The notes under the pieces were generated by a model. It was not told where the DNA came from. It saw nothing but the letters and a program-made list of their open reading frames with translations, and did not search any database. Of a stretch of 64,000 nt of DNA, positions 7,985 to 18,177 are shown one piece after another; position 1 is the first letter of the stretch; the number at the start of each line of letters is the position of its first letter. Location of the stretch: contig CAJIYG010000005.1 of assembly GCA_905181585.1 (NCBI GenBank), positions 32,615-96,614 of the forward strand. The letters are read 5' to 3'. The stretch is from an uncultured Flavobacteriales bacterium (GTDB taxonomy: Bacteria > Bacteroidota > Bacteroidia > Flavobacteriales > BACL11). The position numbers and the translations under genes are program-made.

Positions 7985-10408
7985 TTAATATAAATTTGGA
8001 AATTTACTTGGATCAACATCGTTCATCATTTTATAAACTTTCTCAACAACATCTTCAACAGAAGGTTTACTAAAATAATCTCCATCTTTTCCATAAGCAG
8101 GTCTATGTGCTTTTGCAGCTAAGGTTTGTGGCTCACTATCTAAATGGAAAAAACCTTTTTGGTCCTCAATAATATTTTGTAAAATATATGAGCTTGCTCC
8201 CCCAGGAACATCCTCATCAATAACTAATAATCTATTAGTCTTGATAACACTATTAACCATTGTTTTGTTAATATCTAAAGGAACAAGAGTTTGAACATCA
8301 ATTACTTCAGCACTAATACCTAAATCTTCCAGTTGTTTAGCAGCTTCTGTAACAATTTTCCAAGTAGATCCATAGGTAACTAATGTAACATCATTACCCT
8401 CTTTTGTGATTTCAGGAATTCCAAGTGGAGTTCTAAATTCCCCCATATTTGAGGGAAGTTTTTCCTTTACTCTATACCCATTTAAACATTCAATAACCAT
8501 TGCCGGTTCATTTGATGCCATTAAGGTATTGTAAAAGCCTGCAGCTTTTTGCATATTTCTAGGCACACATAAATTCACTCCTCTTGTCCCATGTATTACC
8601 ATTCCCATTGGAGACCCAGAATGCCAAATACCCTCCAATCTATGCCCTCTTGTTCTTATAATGACAGGAGAAATTTGCCCCCCATGTGTTCTGTAATGTA
8701 AAGAAGCAATATCATCAGCCATGGTTTGAAAAGCATAAAGTAAATAATCTAAATATTGCATTTCCGCAATAGGTCGTAAGCCTCTAAGGGACATGCCAAT
8801 ACCCTGTCCTAATATGGTAGTTTCTCTTATTCCCGTATCAGCAACTCTAACATCGCCATATTTTTCTTGTAATCCTTCAACACCTTGATTAACTCCTCCA
8901 ATTTTACCAACATCCTCCCCAAAAATCATTGCTTCAGGAACATTTGAAAACATTTTATCAAAATTATCTCTTAAAATAATTCTTCCATCAACTTCTTCAA
9001 CATTAGAATCGTAAACAGGTAATACCTCTTTAATATTTCTAGCCGAAAACTCTGTTTCATTATATAAAAAGGTGTTATATCTTTCTGCATTATCTGACTT
9101 ACTTGTATTAATAAAGTTTATTAGAGTCTGCTTTTCGAGCATTTCTTCTTTTGCAATCTTTATCAATACTTTTCTTGCAACAGATAGAAAATCTCTTCTA
9201 AAAAGACCAAAAGAAGATGCTTGCTTAAGATCAGAAATCCACTTAGCAAGCTCTGGAATATCAATCTGAGCTGAAATATTATTTAAAATAACTAATAACT
9301 CATTAAGCTCAGCCTTTAACGGTTCTTGGTATTCTTTCCATGCATCTTGTTTAGATTTTTTAACAAAAACTTTTACTTCAGTGTTAATATCATCTAACTC
9401 TTTTTGATCAGCTATTTTATTTGAAATAATCCATGATGAAAATTGCTTTAAACAATCAAAATCTTCTTCCCATTGTAACCTTTCTTTAGATTTATATCTT
9501 TCATGAGAACCTGAAGTCGAATGTCCAGTTGGTTGAGTCATATCAATAACATGAATAATAGAAGGAATATGTTTCTCTCTAGCTAGTTTTTCAGCTTTTT
9601 CATATGTTTCAACTAAAGCAGGATAATCCCAACCTTTTACTTTAAAAATTTCAAAACCTTCACCCTTATCATCTCTTTGAAATCCCTTTAGAACTTCAGA
9701 AACATCTGACTTAGTCATTTGAACTTCATTACCAACAGAAATTCCATAACCATCATCCCATACAGAAATGATTGCCGGAACTTGTAAGACTCCAATAGCA
9801 TTTACGGCTTCAAAAAAATGTCCTTCAGCGCAAGATGAGTTGCCAATTGTTCCAAAAGCAATTTCAGAACCATTATTGCTAAATTTAGATTTATGAGATA
9901 GTGCCTTATTATCTCTGTATACTTTTGATGCTTGTGCTAATCCTACTAGTCTAGGAAAATTTGAAGCTAAACAAGCCATATCAGAAGTAGAATTTTTTTG
10001 TTCCATTAAATTTTTCCATGTTCCATCTTCGTTTAAAAGTCTTGTTCCAAAGTGATTCATCATCTGTCTAGATCCTGAACTTGGTTCTGCTGATAACTCC
10101 GGATTTCCATAAAGATGAGCAAACATTTGTTTTGTTGTTAATTGACCAAGGCACATCATAAGCGCTTGATCTCTATAGTAACCCGCGCGAAAATCTCCAT
10201 TTCTAAACACTTTGGCTAAAGCGATTTGTGCAAGTTCTTTTCCATCACCAAATATTCCAAAACTTCCTTTTCCTGACAATACATCTCTTCTTCCTAGTGC
10301 TGCTGCTTCTCTGACTTCACATACTAATCTAAAATCAGAAAGAATAACATTTTTAAAGTCATCTTTTGATAAACCTTTTTTTTCATTTTTCGAAACACTT
10401 TTACTCAT
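7985..10408 (-). CDS. Fused alpha/beta E1 component of a 2-oxoacid (branched-chain type) dehydrogenase, TPP-dependent
   Basis: 807 aa. The N-terminal half is E1-alpha-like (GDG...Q, CAEGHFFEA). The C-terminal half is a transketolase-like E1-beta (FGEDVG..GGV, RV.DTGI.E, EVIDV.TL.PLD). Confidence 0.8.
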   Translation of the reverse strand: MSKSVSKNEKKGLSKDDFKNVILSDFRLVCEVREAAALGRRDVLSGKGSFGIFGDGKELAQIALAKVFRNGDFRAGYYRDQALMMCLGQLTTKQMFAHLYGNPELSAEPSSGSRQMMNHFGTRLLNEDGTWKNLMEQKNSTSDMACLASNFPRLVGLAQASKVYRDNKALSHKSKFSNNGSEIAFGTIGNSSCAEGHFFEAVNAIGVLQVPAIISVWDDGYGISVGNEVQMTKSDVSEVLKGFQRDDKGEGFEIFKVKGWDYPALVETYEKAEKLAREKHIPSIIHVIDMTQPTGHSTSGSHERYKSKERLQWEEDFDCLKQFSSWIISNKIADQKELDDINTEVKVFVKKSKQDAWKEYQEPLKAELNELLVILNNISAQIDIPELAKWISDLKQASSFGLFRRDFLSVARKVLIKIAKEEMLEKQTLINFINTSKSDNAERYNTFLYNETEFSARNIKEVLPVYDSNVEEVDGRIILRDNFDKMFSNVPEAMIFGEDVGKIGGVNQGVEGLQEKYGDVRVADTGIRETTILGQGIGMSLRGLRPIAEMQYLDYLLYAFQTMADDIASLHYRTHGGQISPVIIRTRGHRLEGIWHSGSPMGMVIHGTRGVNLCVPRNMQKAAGFYNTLMASNEPAMVIECLNGYRVKEKLPSNMGEFRTPLGIPEITKEGNDVTLVTYGSTWKIVTEAAKQLEDLGISAEVIDVQTLVPLDINKTMVNSVIKTNRLLVIDEDVPGGASSYILQNIIEDQKGFFHLDSEPQTLAAKAHRPAYGKDGDYFSKPSVEDVVEKVYKMMNDVDPSKFPNLY

Positions 10409-10536
10409 AGCTTTATTTTTAAATAAGGGGTCACAAAATTAAATAATATTTATTAAAAAATAACTATTTTTAATAGATAGAAAGTAGTATCAATAAAATT
10501 GTAAATAAAACATTAATTATTTTAAAAAAAGATTAG

Positions 10537-10544
10537 TAGATTTG
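10537..10544 (+). promoter_or_regulatory. -7 promoter box (TAGATTTG) for rpsP-rimM
   Basis: Exact TAnnTTTG. The rpsP ATG starts 58 nt after the G. The leader contains the small hairpin CCTCA-ATAA-TGAGG at 10550-10563. Confidence 0.45.
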
Positions 10545-10601
10545 CAGCCCCTCAATAATGAGGACTAACCACAGAGTTGGTTTAACCAAATTAAATTAAA
10601 A

Positions 10602-11303
10602 ATGGCAACAAGAATTAGATTACAAAGACACGGAAAAAAAGGAAAACCTATTTATCATTTAGTTGTAGCAGATCAAAGATCACCAAGAAATGGTAAGTTT
10701 ATTCAAAAATTAGGTATTTATAACCCTAATGTTAACCCAGCTATAATCGATATTAATTTTGATCAATCAGTTGATTGGTTAATGAAAGGTGCACAACCTT
10801 CTGATACTGCTAAAGCAATTCTTTCATACAAAGGAGTATATATGAAAAAACATCTTTTAATGGGTGTTGCAAAAGGTGCATTTAATGAAGAAGAAGCTGA
10901 AAAAAGATTTAATGACTGGATGAGCTCTAAAGAGCAGAAAATTACTGATCAAAAATCAAATGTAGACAAAGCAAGTGCTGATGCTCATAAGTCTAAAATT
11001 GATGCTGAAAAATTAGTTAATTCTGATAGAGCAAAATCAATTGCTGAAAAATTAAACGCTGCTGTGGCTCCTGCTGCTGAAGAAGCTCCTGCTGCTGAAG
11101 AAGCTCCTGCTGCTGAAGAAACTCCTGCTGCTGAAGAAGCTCCTGCTGCTGAAGAAACTCCTGCTGCTGAAGAAACTCCTGCTGCTGAAGAAACTCCTGC
11201 TGCTGAAGAAACTCCTGCTGCTGAAGAAACTCCTGCTGCTGAAGAAGCTCCTGCTGCTGAAGAAGCTCCTGCTGCTGAAGAAAAATCAAAAGAAGATAAA
11301 TAA
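10602..11303 (+). CDS. rpsP: 30S ribosomal protein S16 with a long acidic repeat-containing C-terminal extension
   Basis: The N-terminus MATRIRLQRHGKKGKPIYHLVVAD is canonical S16. The total length is 233 aa, and the tail consists of (A/T)PAAEE repeats. Confidence 0.9.
   Translation: MATRIRLQRHGKKGKPIYHLVVADQRSPRNGKFIQKLGIYNPNVNPAIIDINFDQSVDWLMKGAQPSDTAKAILSYKGVYMKKHLLMGVAKGAFNEEEAEKRFNDWMSSKEQKITDQKSNVDKASADAHKSKIDAEKLVNSDRAKSIAEKLNAAVAPAAEEAPAAEEAPAAEETPAAEEAPAAEETPAAEETPAAEETPAAEETPAAEETPAAEEAPAAEEAPAAEEKSKEDK
11067..11282 (+). repeat. 12 tandem copies of an 18-bp unit (GCT/ACT CCT GCT GCT GAA GAA) inside rpsP
   Basis: Counted directly. The units differ only at one position (G/A), giving APAAEE or TPAAEE in the order A A A T A T T T T T A A. 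Confidence 0.95.
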
Positions 11304-11822
11304 ATGAATCTTAAAAATTGTTTCTTAATTGGATCAATTTTTAAATTTCATGGTTACAAAGGTGGATTAATTATCTTCAACTCAGAAAACATCTTAATTG
11401 ACGTTACTAATGCTACACACTTATTCATTAAAATTGATAACGGCTTAGTTCCATTCTTTATTGAAAGTATTAAAAAGGCAAAGAAAAATAATTTTCTTGT
11501 AAAATTTTCTGATCTAAACTCTGAAGAAGATGTGAAGCAGCTATTAAAAAAAGAGGTTTATATTGATAAAAAATTAATAATTCATGAAGATACAAAATCG
11601 CCCAAAATTAGTCTATTAAATTACAAAGTGATAGACAACGATAAAGGAGATTTAGGAATGATTTATGAAATTAATAAACAGACTGCACAAGAGCTGCTGT
11701 ATGTTAAAAATGATGTTTATGACTTCTGCTTTCCAGTAAATAATTTTTTCATAAAGTCAATTGATAATATCAGTAAAGAAATAAAAGTAGAAATTCCTAC
11801 TGATATTTTAAATCTAAACTAA
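11304..11822 (+). CDS. rimM: 16S rRNA processing protein RimM
   Basis: It starts immediately after the rpsP stop, which is the conserved rpsP-rimM order. It has a CF.IG...K.HG.KG N-terminus and a PRC-barrel-sized C-terminus. Confidence 0.8.
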   Translation: MNLKNCFLIGSIFKFHGYKGGLIIFNSENILIDVTNATHLFIKIDNGLVPFFIESIKKAKKNNFLVKFSDLNSEEDVKQLLKKEVYIDKKLIIHEDTKSPKISLLNYKVIDNDKGDLGMIYEINKQTAQELLYVKNDVYDFCFPVNNFFIKSIDNISKEIKVEIPTDILNLN

Positions 11823-13143
11823 TTCTTCAATAAAATTTATACCATTTTTTGCAAGCTCTTTTAAAACCGGACTATATATTTCTTTTTTTGTAGGAATTTG
11901 AACTCCTTTTAGTGTAATAATGTTGTTAAGAATTAACTTAACAGCAATAGCAACAGGTAAACCAACAGTTTTAGCCATTGCAGTATTAACAGAATCATCT
12001 CCAAAAACTACTAATGAAGATTTAAGCTTTTTAATCTCCTTGTTATCTAAATATTCAAATTGATGCTGCATAACAACCATATCTTTATCATTTTCATCTA
12101 ATGACCATTTTCTTTCTGTAATATGTTGTAATATTTTTGCTGGTGAAGCCAATTTGATATCAGATTTATAATCTGAAAATATTCCAAGCCAATTAAATTT
12201 ATGAAACTCTTTTGAATCAAGTGATATTGAAAAATAATTACAGAAATTCTCTTCAACAGAAAAGATTTCATTTTTTGGCAGAAACAGGTTTAAAAATTCT
12301 TTATTAGAAAGATCTTCAGAGTTATTAATTTGATAACTATCATCTGTCATACCTAACTGAACAAATTTATTCCAGGATTTACTAAAACCTTTTTTTCTAA
12401 GTGTTCCTCTAAATAGAGTAGAAATATTATCCAAACCATAATCTTTTCTATATCCCAATGAATCTCTGTTTGCATATCCTTCAAATTCTCCAGCGTCTAG
12501 ATATTTCCATAGATTCTGTCCTCTTAAATAGATTACTATAGGAAATATATTTATAATTATCATTTATTATATATTGTGCGGTTCCTTGACCAGCTAAAAT
12601 TACATTTCTTGGGTTCCAAGTAAATTTATAATTCCAAGGGTTATTATCATAATCTGGATGAACCAACCCCCCACAAAAAGATTTGAAAGAAGTAAGTTTA
12701 TATCCATCATCTTTAACTTGATCAATAACTTTCATCGCAGATAGATGATCAATGCCTGGATCTAAACCAATTTCGTTTAACAGAATAACACCAGATTCAA
12801 TTGCTGAATTGTTTAAAGCCTGGATTTCCTTTGAAACATAAGAGGCTGTAACTAGATTCTTTTTTAATTTTACACAATCTTTAGCAACAAGAATATGCAT
12901 AGCAGCTGGAAGCATTGAAACAACAATATCAGACTGACTAATTTCCTTTTCTCTATCTAATGTATTTGTAACATCAAATTTAATGGGGTTAGAGTTTTTA
13001 TGATTGTTAGCAGCTTTCTCAGCTAAATTTAAATTATAATCTGCAATAGTTACCAGCCAATTATTAATCTCACTTTCCTTTAATAAATAATTAATAAGTG
13101 TGGTTGCTGATCTTCCTGCACCAATAATTAAAACTTTCTTCAT
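11814..13143 (-). pseudogene. Saccharopine dehydrogenase family gene split by one frameshift near 12500-12520
   Basis: The N-terminal ORF (12481-13143) has Rossmann motif VLIIGAGRSA and ends ...YSNLFKRTESMEISRRWRI*. The C-terminal ORF (11814-12563) resumes with ...LDAGEFEGYANRDSL in another frame. Together they are about 440 aa, a typical length. Confidence 0.75.
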
Positions 13144-13212
13144 GATATATGATTTTTATAGTTGGCTAATTTATTATTTTATTTAATTTGCTAATAAATA
13201 AATGAATTAAAA

Positions 13213-13595
13213 ATGAAAAATATTTTTATAAAAATAGCTATTCTTTTTGCTGTTAGCTCGATAATTCTTGGAGCTTTTGGAGCACATGGGTTAAAAGACA
13301 TATTGAGTCCAGTTCAACTAAATTCATTTTTAACTGGAATTCGCTATCAGATGTACCATGCACTTGCAATATTAATTCTTACAATGAATCATAAATTTTT
13401 TAATAAAAATTTAACTATTGCATTATGGATGATGGTAATAGGAACAATTATTTTTTCATTTTCGATATACTACTTTCTACTCAAGAATACCTATCTATTA
13501 ATGCATCTTTTTTAGGGCCAGTTACTCCAATAGGAGGTATATTTTTAAGTATATCTTGGATTATTCTATTATTTTCAACTGAAAAGGTGAAATAA
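13213..13595 (+). pseudogene. DUF423 (YgdD-like) membrane protein gene with one frameshift near 13470
   Basis: GAFGAHGLKD N-terminal motif. The conserved C-terminal GPVTPIGGIFLSISW is encoded at 13515-13595 in a different frame from the listed ORF. Confidence 0.7.
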
Positions 13596-13655
13596 TTGAT
13601 AATATTTAAGATTAAAATATAACTTTGTAAGCTTTATAATACAAAAGAAACTTAC

Positions 13656-15258
13656 ATGACTGAGACAGGCAAGAGAGCAAAAAATGCTACCATCACTGAT
13701 TTAGGAATTAAAAATGCAAAGGCATTTTGGAATCTATCATCTAAAGAATTATCTAAGATTGCAGTTGAGAAAGGTCAAGCAAAAATAACTTCACAAGGGG
13801 CAATAGCAATTAATACCGGAGAATTTACTGGAAGATCTCCCCTTGATAGATTTATTGTAAAAGATAATTTAACAAAAGAACATGTTTGGTGGGGAGATGT
13901 TAATCAATCATTTGATGAAAATAAATTTGATTTATTGCATGAAAAAATGCTCAAACATCTTGAAGGTAAGGAGTTATATGTAAGAGATGCATATGCATGT
14001 GCAGAAGAAAAATATAGAATGAACATTAGAGTTGTTAATGAATATTCTTGGTCTAATCTTTTTGCCTACAATATGTTTTTAAGACCTAATGATATAGAAA
14101 TTGAAAATTTTGAAGCCTGAATGGGTAATTTTAAATGCTCCAAGTTTTTTAGCAGACCCAAAAAAAGATGGTACAAGAAAACATAATTTTGCTATATTAA
14201 ATTTTACAAAAAAAATTATTCTTATTGGTGGAACAGGATATACAGGCGAAATTAAGAAAGGTATATTCTCTGCTTTAAATTTCATCTTGCCTCATCAAAA
14301 AAATGTATTATCAATGCATTGTAGTGCAAATTCTGGAAAAAAAGGAGATACGGCAATATTTTTTGGATTATCTGGTACTGGAAAAACAACTTTGTCAGCC
14401 GACCCAAATAGAAATTTAATTGGCGACGATGAGCATGGGTGGAGTGATGAAACAATATTTAATTTTGAAGGAGGATGTTATGCAAAATGTATTGATCTTT
14501 CACAAGAAAAAGAACCAGATATTTACTCTGCAGTAAAACAAGGAGCATTACTTGAAAATATAAGTTATTACCCTGAATACAAATAGAGTTAATTATGAAG
14601 ACGATTCTATAACTCAGAACACTAGAGTAAGTTACCCTATTGATTTCATTAAAAATATTACAAAACCATCTTTTGCAAAAAATCCAAAAAACATCTTTCT
14701 TCCTAACTGCTGATGCATTTGGTGTTCTTACCTCCTGTTTCAAAGCTTACAAAAGGTCAAGCTATGTTTCATTTTATCTCAGGTTATACAGCTAAGGTAG
14801 CGGGAACTGAAGAAGGCGTAACAGAGCCACAAACTACTTTCTCTGCTTGCTTTGGCGCTCCATTTATGCCATTACACCCAACAAAATATGCTGAAATGCT
14901 TGGTGTAAAAATGAAAAAACATGATGTTAATGTATGGCTTATAAATACTGGATGGTCAGGAGGAAGCTATGGAGCTGGTAAAAGAATTTCTCTTAAGTAT
15001 ACAAGAGCAATGATTACGGCAATATTAAATAATGAAATCAATGATGTTTTATATACTAAACATGAAATATTTGGTTTAAATATGCCAAATTCCTGTCCAA
15101 ATGTTCCCTCAGAACTATTAAATCCTAAAAACACTTGGGAAAATAAGAATGATTATGATCTGAAAGCGAAAGAATTAGCGAATGCATTTAATCAAAACTT
15201 CGAACAATTTGCTGATAATGCTAGCGAAGAAATCCTTGAAGCAGCTCCAAAAAAATAA
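13656..15258 (+). pseudogene. pckA: ATP-dependent phosphoenolpyruvate carboxykinase broken into at least 3 frames
   Basis: GEFTGRSP, kinase-1a [19 protein letters not shown] and GWSGG motifs are spread over ORFs 13656-14120, 14101-14586 and 14713-15258. The linker 14587-14712 encodes [26 protein letters not shown] in yet another frame. Confidence 0.85.
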
Positions 15259-15309
15259 GTAAATTGTTAAGTAATTTATTATTGTAAAAAAGAGCTACAT
15301 TTATACGAT

Positions 15310-16009
15310 ATGCAATTATTCTATCATAAAGAAATTGAAGATTTCACTACTTCTACCCAAAGAAGAAAGCAGACATTTAATAAAAGTGCTTAGAAAAGAA
15401 ATTGATGACATAATCTACTTAACAGATGGAAGAGGTAACTTATTTTCTGCTAAAGTCGTACTGCAAGACCCTAAGAAATGTCAACTAAAAGTTTTAAAAA
15501 AGGTAAGCCAAGAAAAAACAACATAATTATAGTCTTCACATGTAGCAATAGCTCCAACTAAAAACATGGATAGGTTTGAGTGGTTTTTAGAAAAAGCTAC
15601 AGAAATAGGTATTGATGAAATCACTCCAATAATTTGCGAAAAATCTGAAAGAAAAAAGTTGAAAATAGAAAGATGTGAAAATATAATTATTTCTGCAATG
15701 AAGCAATCATTAAGATTTCATAAACCAATTATTAATCAACCTGTATCATTTAAAGATTTTATTAGAAATAAAATTGACAATAAAAAATATATTGCATCTT
15801 GCAATGAATATTCTAAAAAATTATTAAAAAATGAAGAAATATATAAATCTTCAACTATTTTAATTGGACCTGAAGGAGATTTTACTCAAATAATGAAATT
15901 GAAATAGCAATCAATAACAATTTTATACACATTAGTCTTGGGGAAAATCAGGCTAAGAACAGAAACAGCTGCTATCTTTGCAACAAATATTATTAATATC
16001 AATTATTAG
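15310..16009 (+). pseudogene. rsmE: 16S rRNA (uracil1498-N3)-methyltransferase RsmE, multiple frameshifts
   Basis: MQLFYHKEIE start at 15310, then LPKEESRHLIKVLR, then DRFEWFLEKATEIG and IGPEGDF, then GENRLRTETAAI up to TAG 16007-16009. Each piece is in a different frame. Confidence 0.75.
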
Positions 16010-16013
16010 TTTA

Positions 16014-16670
16014 ATGTATAAAATATCATAGTATATTTTTGTTTTTTTCAGCACTTTTGTTCATGCTCAGAATACATATGACATAGCTGTACTTAAATAC
16101 AATGGTGGTGGGGATTGGTATGGAAATCCAACAGCACTAAAAAACTTAATTAATTTTTCTAATAAAAATCTTGGAACAAACATTATTAATCAGTATAAAA
16201 CTGTTGAAGTTGGTAGTGCTGAAATTTTTAATTTCCCTTTTATTCATATGACTGGTCATGGAAATGTTATTTTTAATAATCATGAAACTCAAAACTTAAG
16301 AAATTATCTTCTAGCTGGTGGTTTTTTACATATTGATGATAATTATGGAATGGATCATGTACTTAAGAAAAGAACTTGAAAAAGTTTTCCCAGATATTGA
16401 TTTAATTGAACTTCCCTCCAGCCATAAAATTTTTAATCAAACGTACAAATTCCCTGATGGCCTTCCTAAGATCCATGAGCACAATGGAAACCCGTCTCAG
16501 GCACTGGCAATAATTAACAACGGTAGGCTAATATTGTGTCTATATACATTTGAATCTGACTTAAGTGATGGATGGGAGGATGCTGAAGTTCATAATGACA
16601 GTTTTGAAACTAGACAAAATGCTCTTAAAGATGGGAGCTAATATTCTAGAATATGTTTTTAAAGGCGAAA
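16014..16670 (+). pseudogene. DUF4159-like protein gene, multiple frameshifts (end approximate)
   Basis: The segments LKYNGGGDWYGNPTALKNL, FIHMTGHGN, GGFLHIDDNYGMD, LPKIHEHNG and LKMGANILEYVF are readable only by changing frame several times. Confidence 0.55.
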
Positions 16671-18177
16671 GAATTAAAGCAGATCTTCCTCCACTGCTAA
16701 GATTTTGTAAAAAAACAATTGACTCTTCAATATCAATACTCATCAATCTATCTTTTTCTAAGAAACTAATTTTTTCTCTATATTTATCTATTATAGATTC
16801 AATAAATTCTGAAGAATTATGCTTTCTAAAGGAAACAGCTTGAGCAGCATTCATTAATTCAATAGCTAAAACTTTTTCAACATTTTCTACAACACAATAT
16901 AATTTTGTTGCTGCATTTGCTCCCATACTAACATGATCTTCTTGACCATTAGAAGAAACAATTGAATCTATTGAAGCAGGAGTACATAATTGCTTGTTTT
17001 GACTAACAATACTTGCTGCTGTATATTGAGGAATCATGAAACCTGAATTCAGACCAGGATTAGCAACTAAAAAAGAAGGCAATCCTCTTTGTCCAGATAT
17101 TAATTGATAAGTTCTTCGTTCAGAAATTGATGCTAATTCAGACATTGCAATAGCTAAATAATCAAGTGCCATAGCTAATGGCTGACCATGAAAATTACCT
17201 CCAGAAATAATCTCATCTTCGTTCACAAAAATAATTGGATTATCAGTTACAGAATTAATTTCAATTTCAAAGATACTTTGAACATGATTTAACACATCTT
17301 TAGTTGCTCCATGAACTTGTGGTATACATCTAAAAGAATAAGGATCTTGGACATGCTCTTTAAAGTTTGCTTGTATGGAACTTCCTTTAAGAAAATCTCT
17401 TATATTTTTAGCAGTTTTAATTTGACCACCATGTGGTCTAATTTTGTGAATCAATTCATTAAAACACTCTCCTCTACCATCAAAACCCTCTAAAGAAATT
17501 GCACCAATTAAATCAGCAAAATAAGACAGTCTTTTGGAGATGATAATTGACCAAACACCATAAGCTGACATAAACTGTGTACCATTTAATAATGCTAAAC
17601 CTTCCTTTGATAATAAATTAATTGGCTCCCAACCTAATTTCTTATAAATTGATTTTACATCTGTTTTTATGCTATTAAAATTAGCTTGACCTAATCCTAA
17701 TAATGCTAATGACATGTGAGCCAATGGAGCTAAATCTCCTGAAGCACCCAAAGAACCTTGCTCATAAATGACAGGGAAAATATCATTATTATATAATTCG
17801 ATAAGTCTTGTAATAGTTTTCAATTGAACACCTGAATTCCCATAGGATAATGATTGAACTTTTAATATCATCATTATTTTAACGATATCTTCAGGAACTT
17901 CCTCTCCAACACCACAAGCGTGAGAAACAACTAAATTATATTGTAGTTGAGATAAATTATCAGATGCAACCTTATTATTACAAAGTGAGCCAAAGCCAGT
18001 ATTAATCCCATAAATTGGATCAATAGATTTTGAAATCTTTTTATTAAGAAATAACCTACAATCTTCAACACGTTTTATTGCCTTATCACTTAAAGATAAT
18101 TTAAGATTATTTTGAATTATTTCATTAATATCAGAAATTGAAAGCTCTTTATCTCCTAAAATATAAATACTGGACAT
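16561..18177 (-). CDS. hutH: Histidine ammonia-lyase. The C-terminal ~35 codons are doubtful.
   Basis: MIO-forming GSLGASGDLAPLAH motif, plus NGTQ and QEDHVSMG motifs. The 3' end overlaps the DUF4159 remnant. A +/-1 change in the A7 run at 16709-16715 would give an earlier stop. Confidence 0.85.
   Translation of the reverse strand: MSSIYILGDKELSISDINEIIQNNLKLSLSDKAIKRVEDCRLFLNKKISKSIDPIYGINTGFGSLCNNKVASDNLSQLQYNLVVSHACGVGEEVPEDIVKIMMILKVQSLSYGNSGVQLKTITRLIELYNNDIFPVIYEQGSLGASGDLAPLAHMSLALLGLGQANFNSIKTDVKSIYKKLGWEPINLLSKEGLALLNGTQFMSAYGVWSIIISKRLSYFADLIGAISLEGFDGRGECFNELIHKIRPHGGQIKTAKNIRDFLKGSSIQANFKEHVQDPYSFRCIPQVHGATKDVLNHVQSIFEIEINSVTDNPIIFVNEDEIISGGNFHGQPLAMALDYLAIAMSELASISERRTYQLISGQRGLPSFLVANPGLNSGFMIPQYTAASIVSQNKQLCTPASIDSIVSSNGQEDHVSMGANAATKLYCVVENVEKVLAIELMNAAQAVSFRKHNSSEFIESIIDKYREKISFLEKDRLMSIDIEESIVFLQNLSSGGRSALILSPLKTYSRILAPIFKSILSSFKTVIMNFSILPSIT

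Noticed and set aside
10545-10601. rpsP 5' leader hairpins (CCTCA-ATAA-TGAGG at 10550-63; AACCA...TGGTT at 10567-82) as a ribosomal-protein autoregulatory leader
   Set aside because: The stems are only 5 bp long in an AT-rich context. I know of no established S16 leader motif to compare them with, and the evidence is too thin to report as a finding.
11067-11282. Regularly spaced repeats as a possible CRISPR array (also 40721-40780)
   Set aside because: The units are contiguous, with no spacers. They are 18 bp and 6 bp long, lie in frame inside rpsP and wzc, and no cas genes are present.
11017-11289. 90-aa minus-strand ORF made of QQQE(L/F)L repeats
   Set aside because: It is the antisense reading of the S16 (A/T)PAAEE tandem repeat. 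It has no independent start context and lies entirely inside a canonical ribosomal protein gene.
13656-15258. Programmed frameshifting or stop-codon recoding (e.g. TGA as Trp) as the explanation for the split genes
   Set aside because: The breaks require changes of reading frame, not read-through. For example, reading the TGA at 14118-20 as a sense codon gives a nonsense continuation, whereas the conserved [11 protein letters not shown] sequence is in the +1 frame. TGA is also used as a normal stop elsewhere (ccsBA). There are too many sites, and they lack shared slippery motifs.
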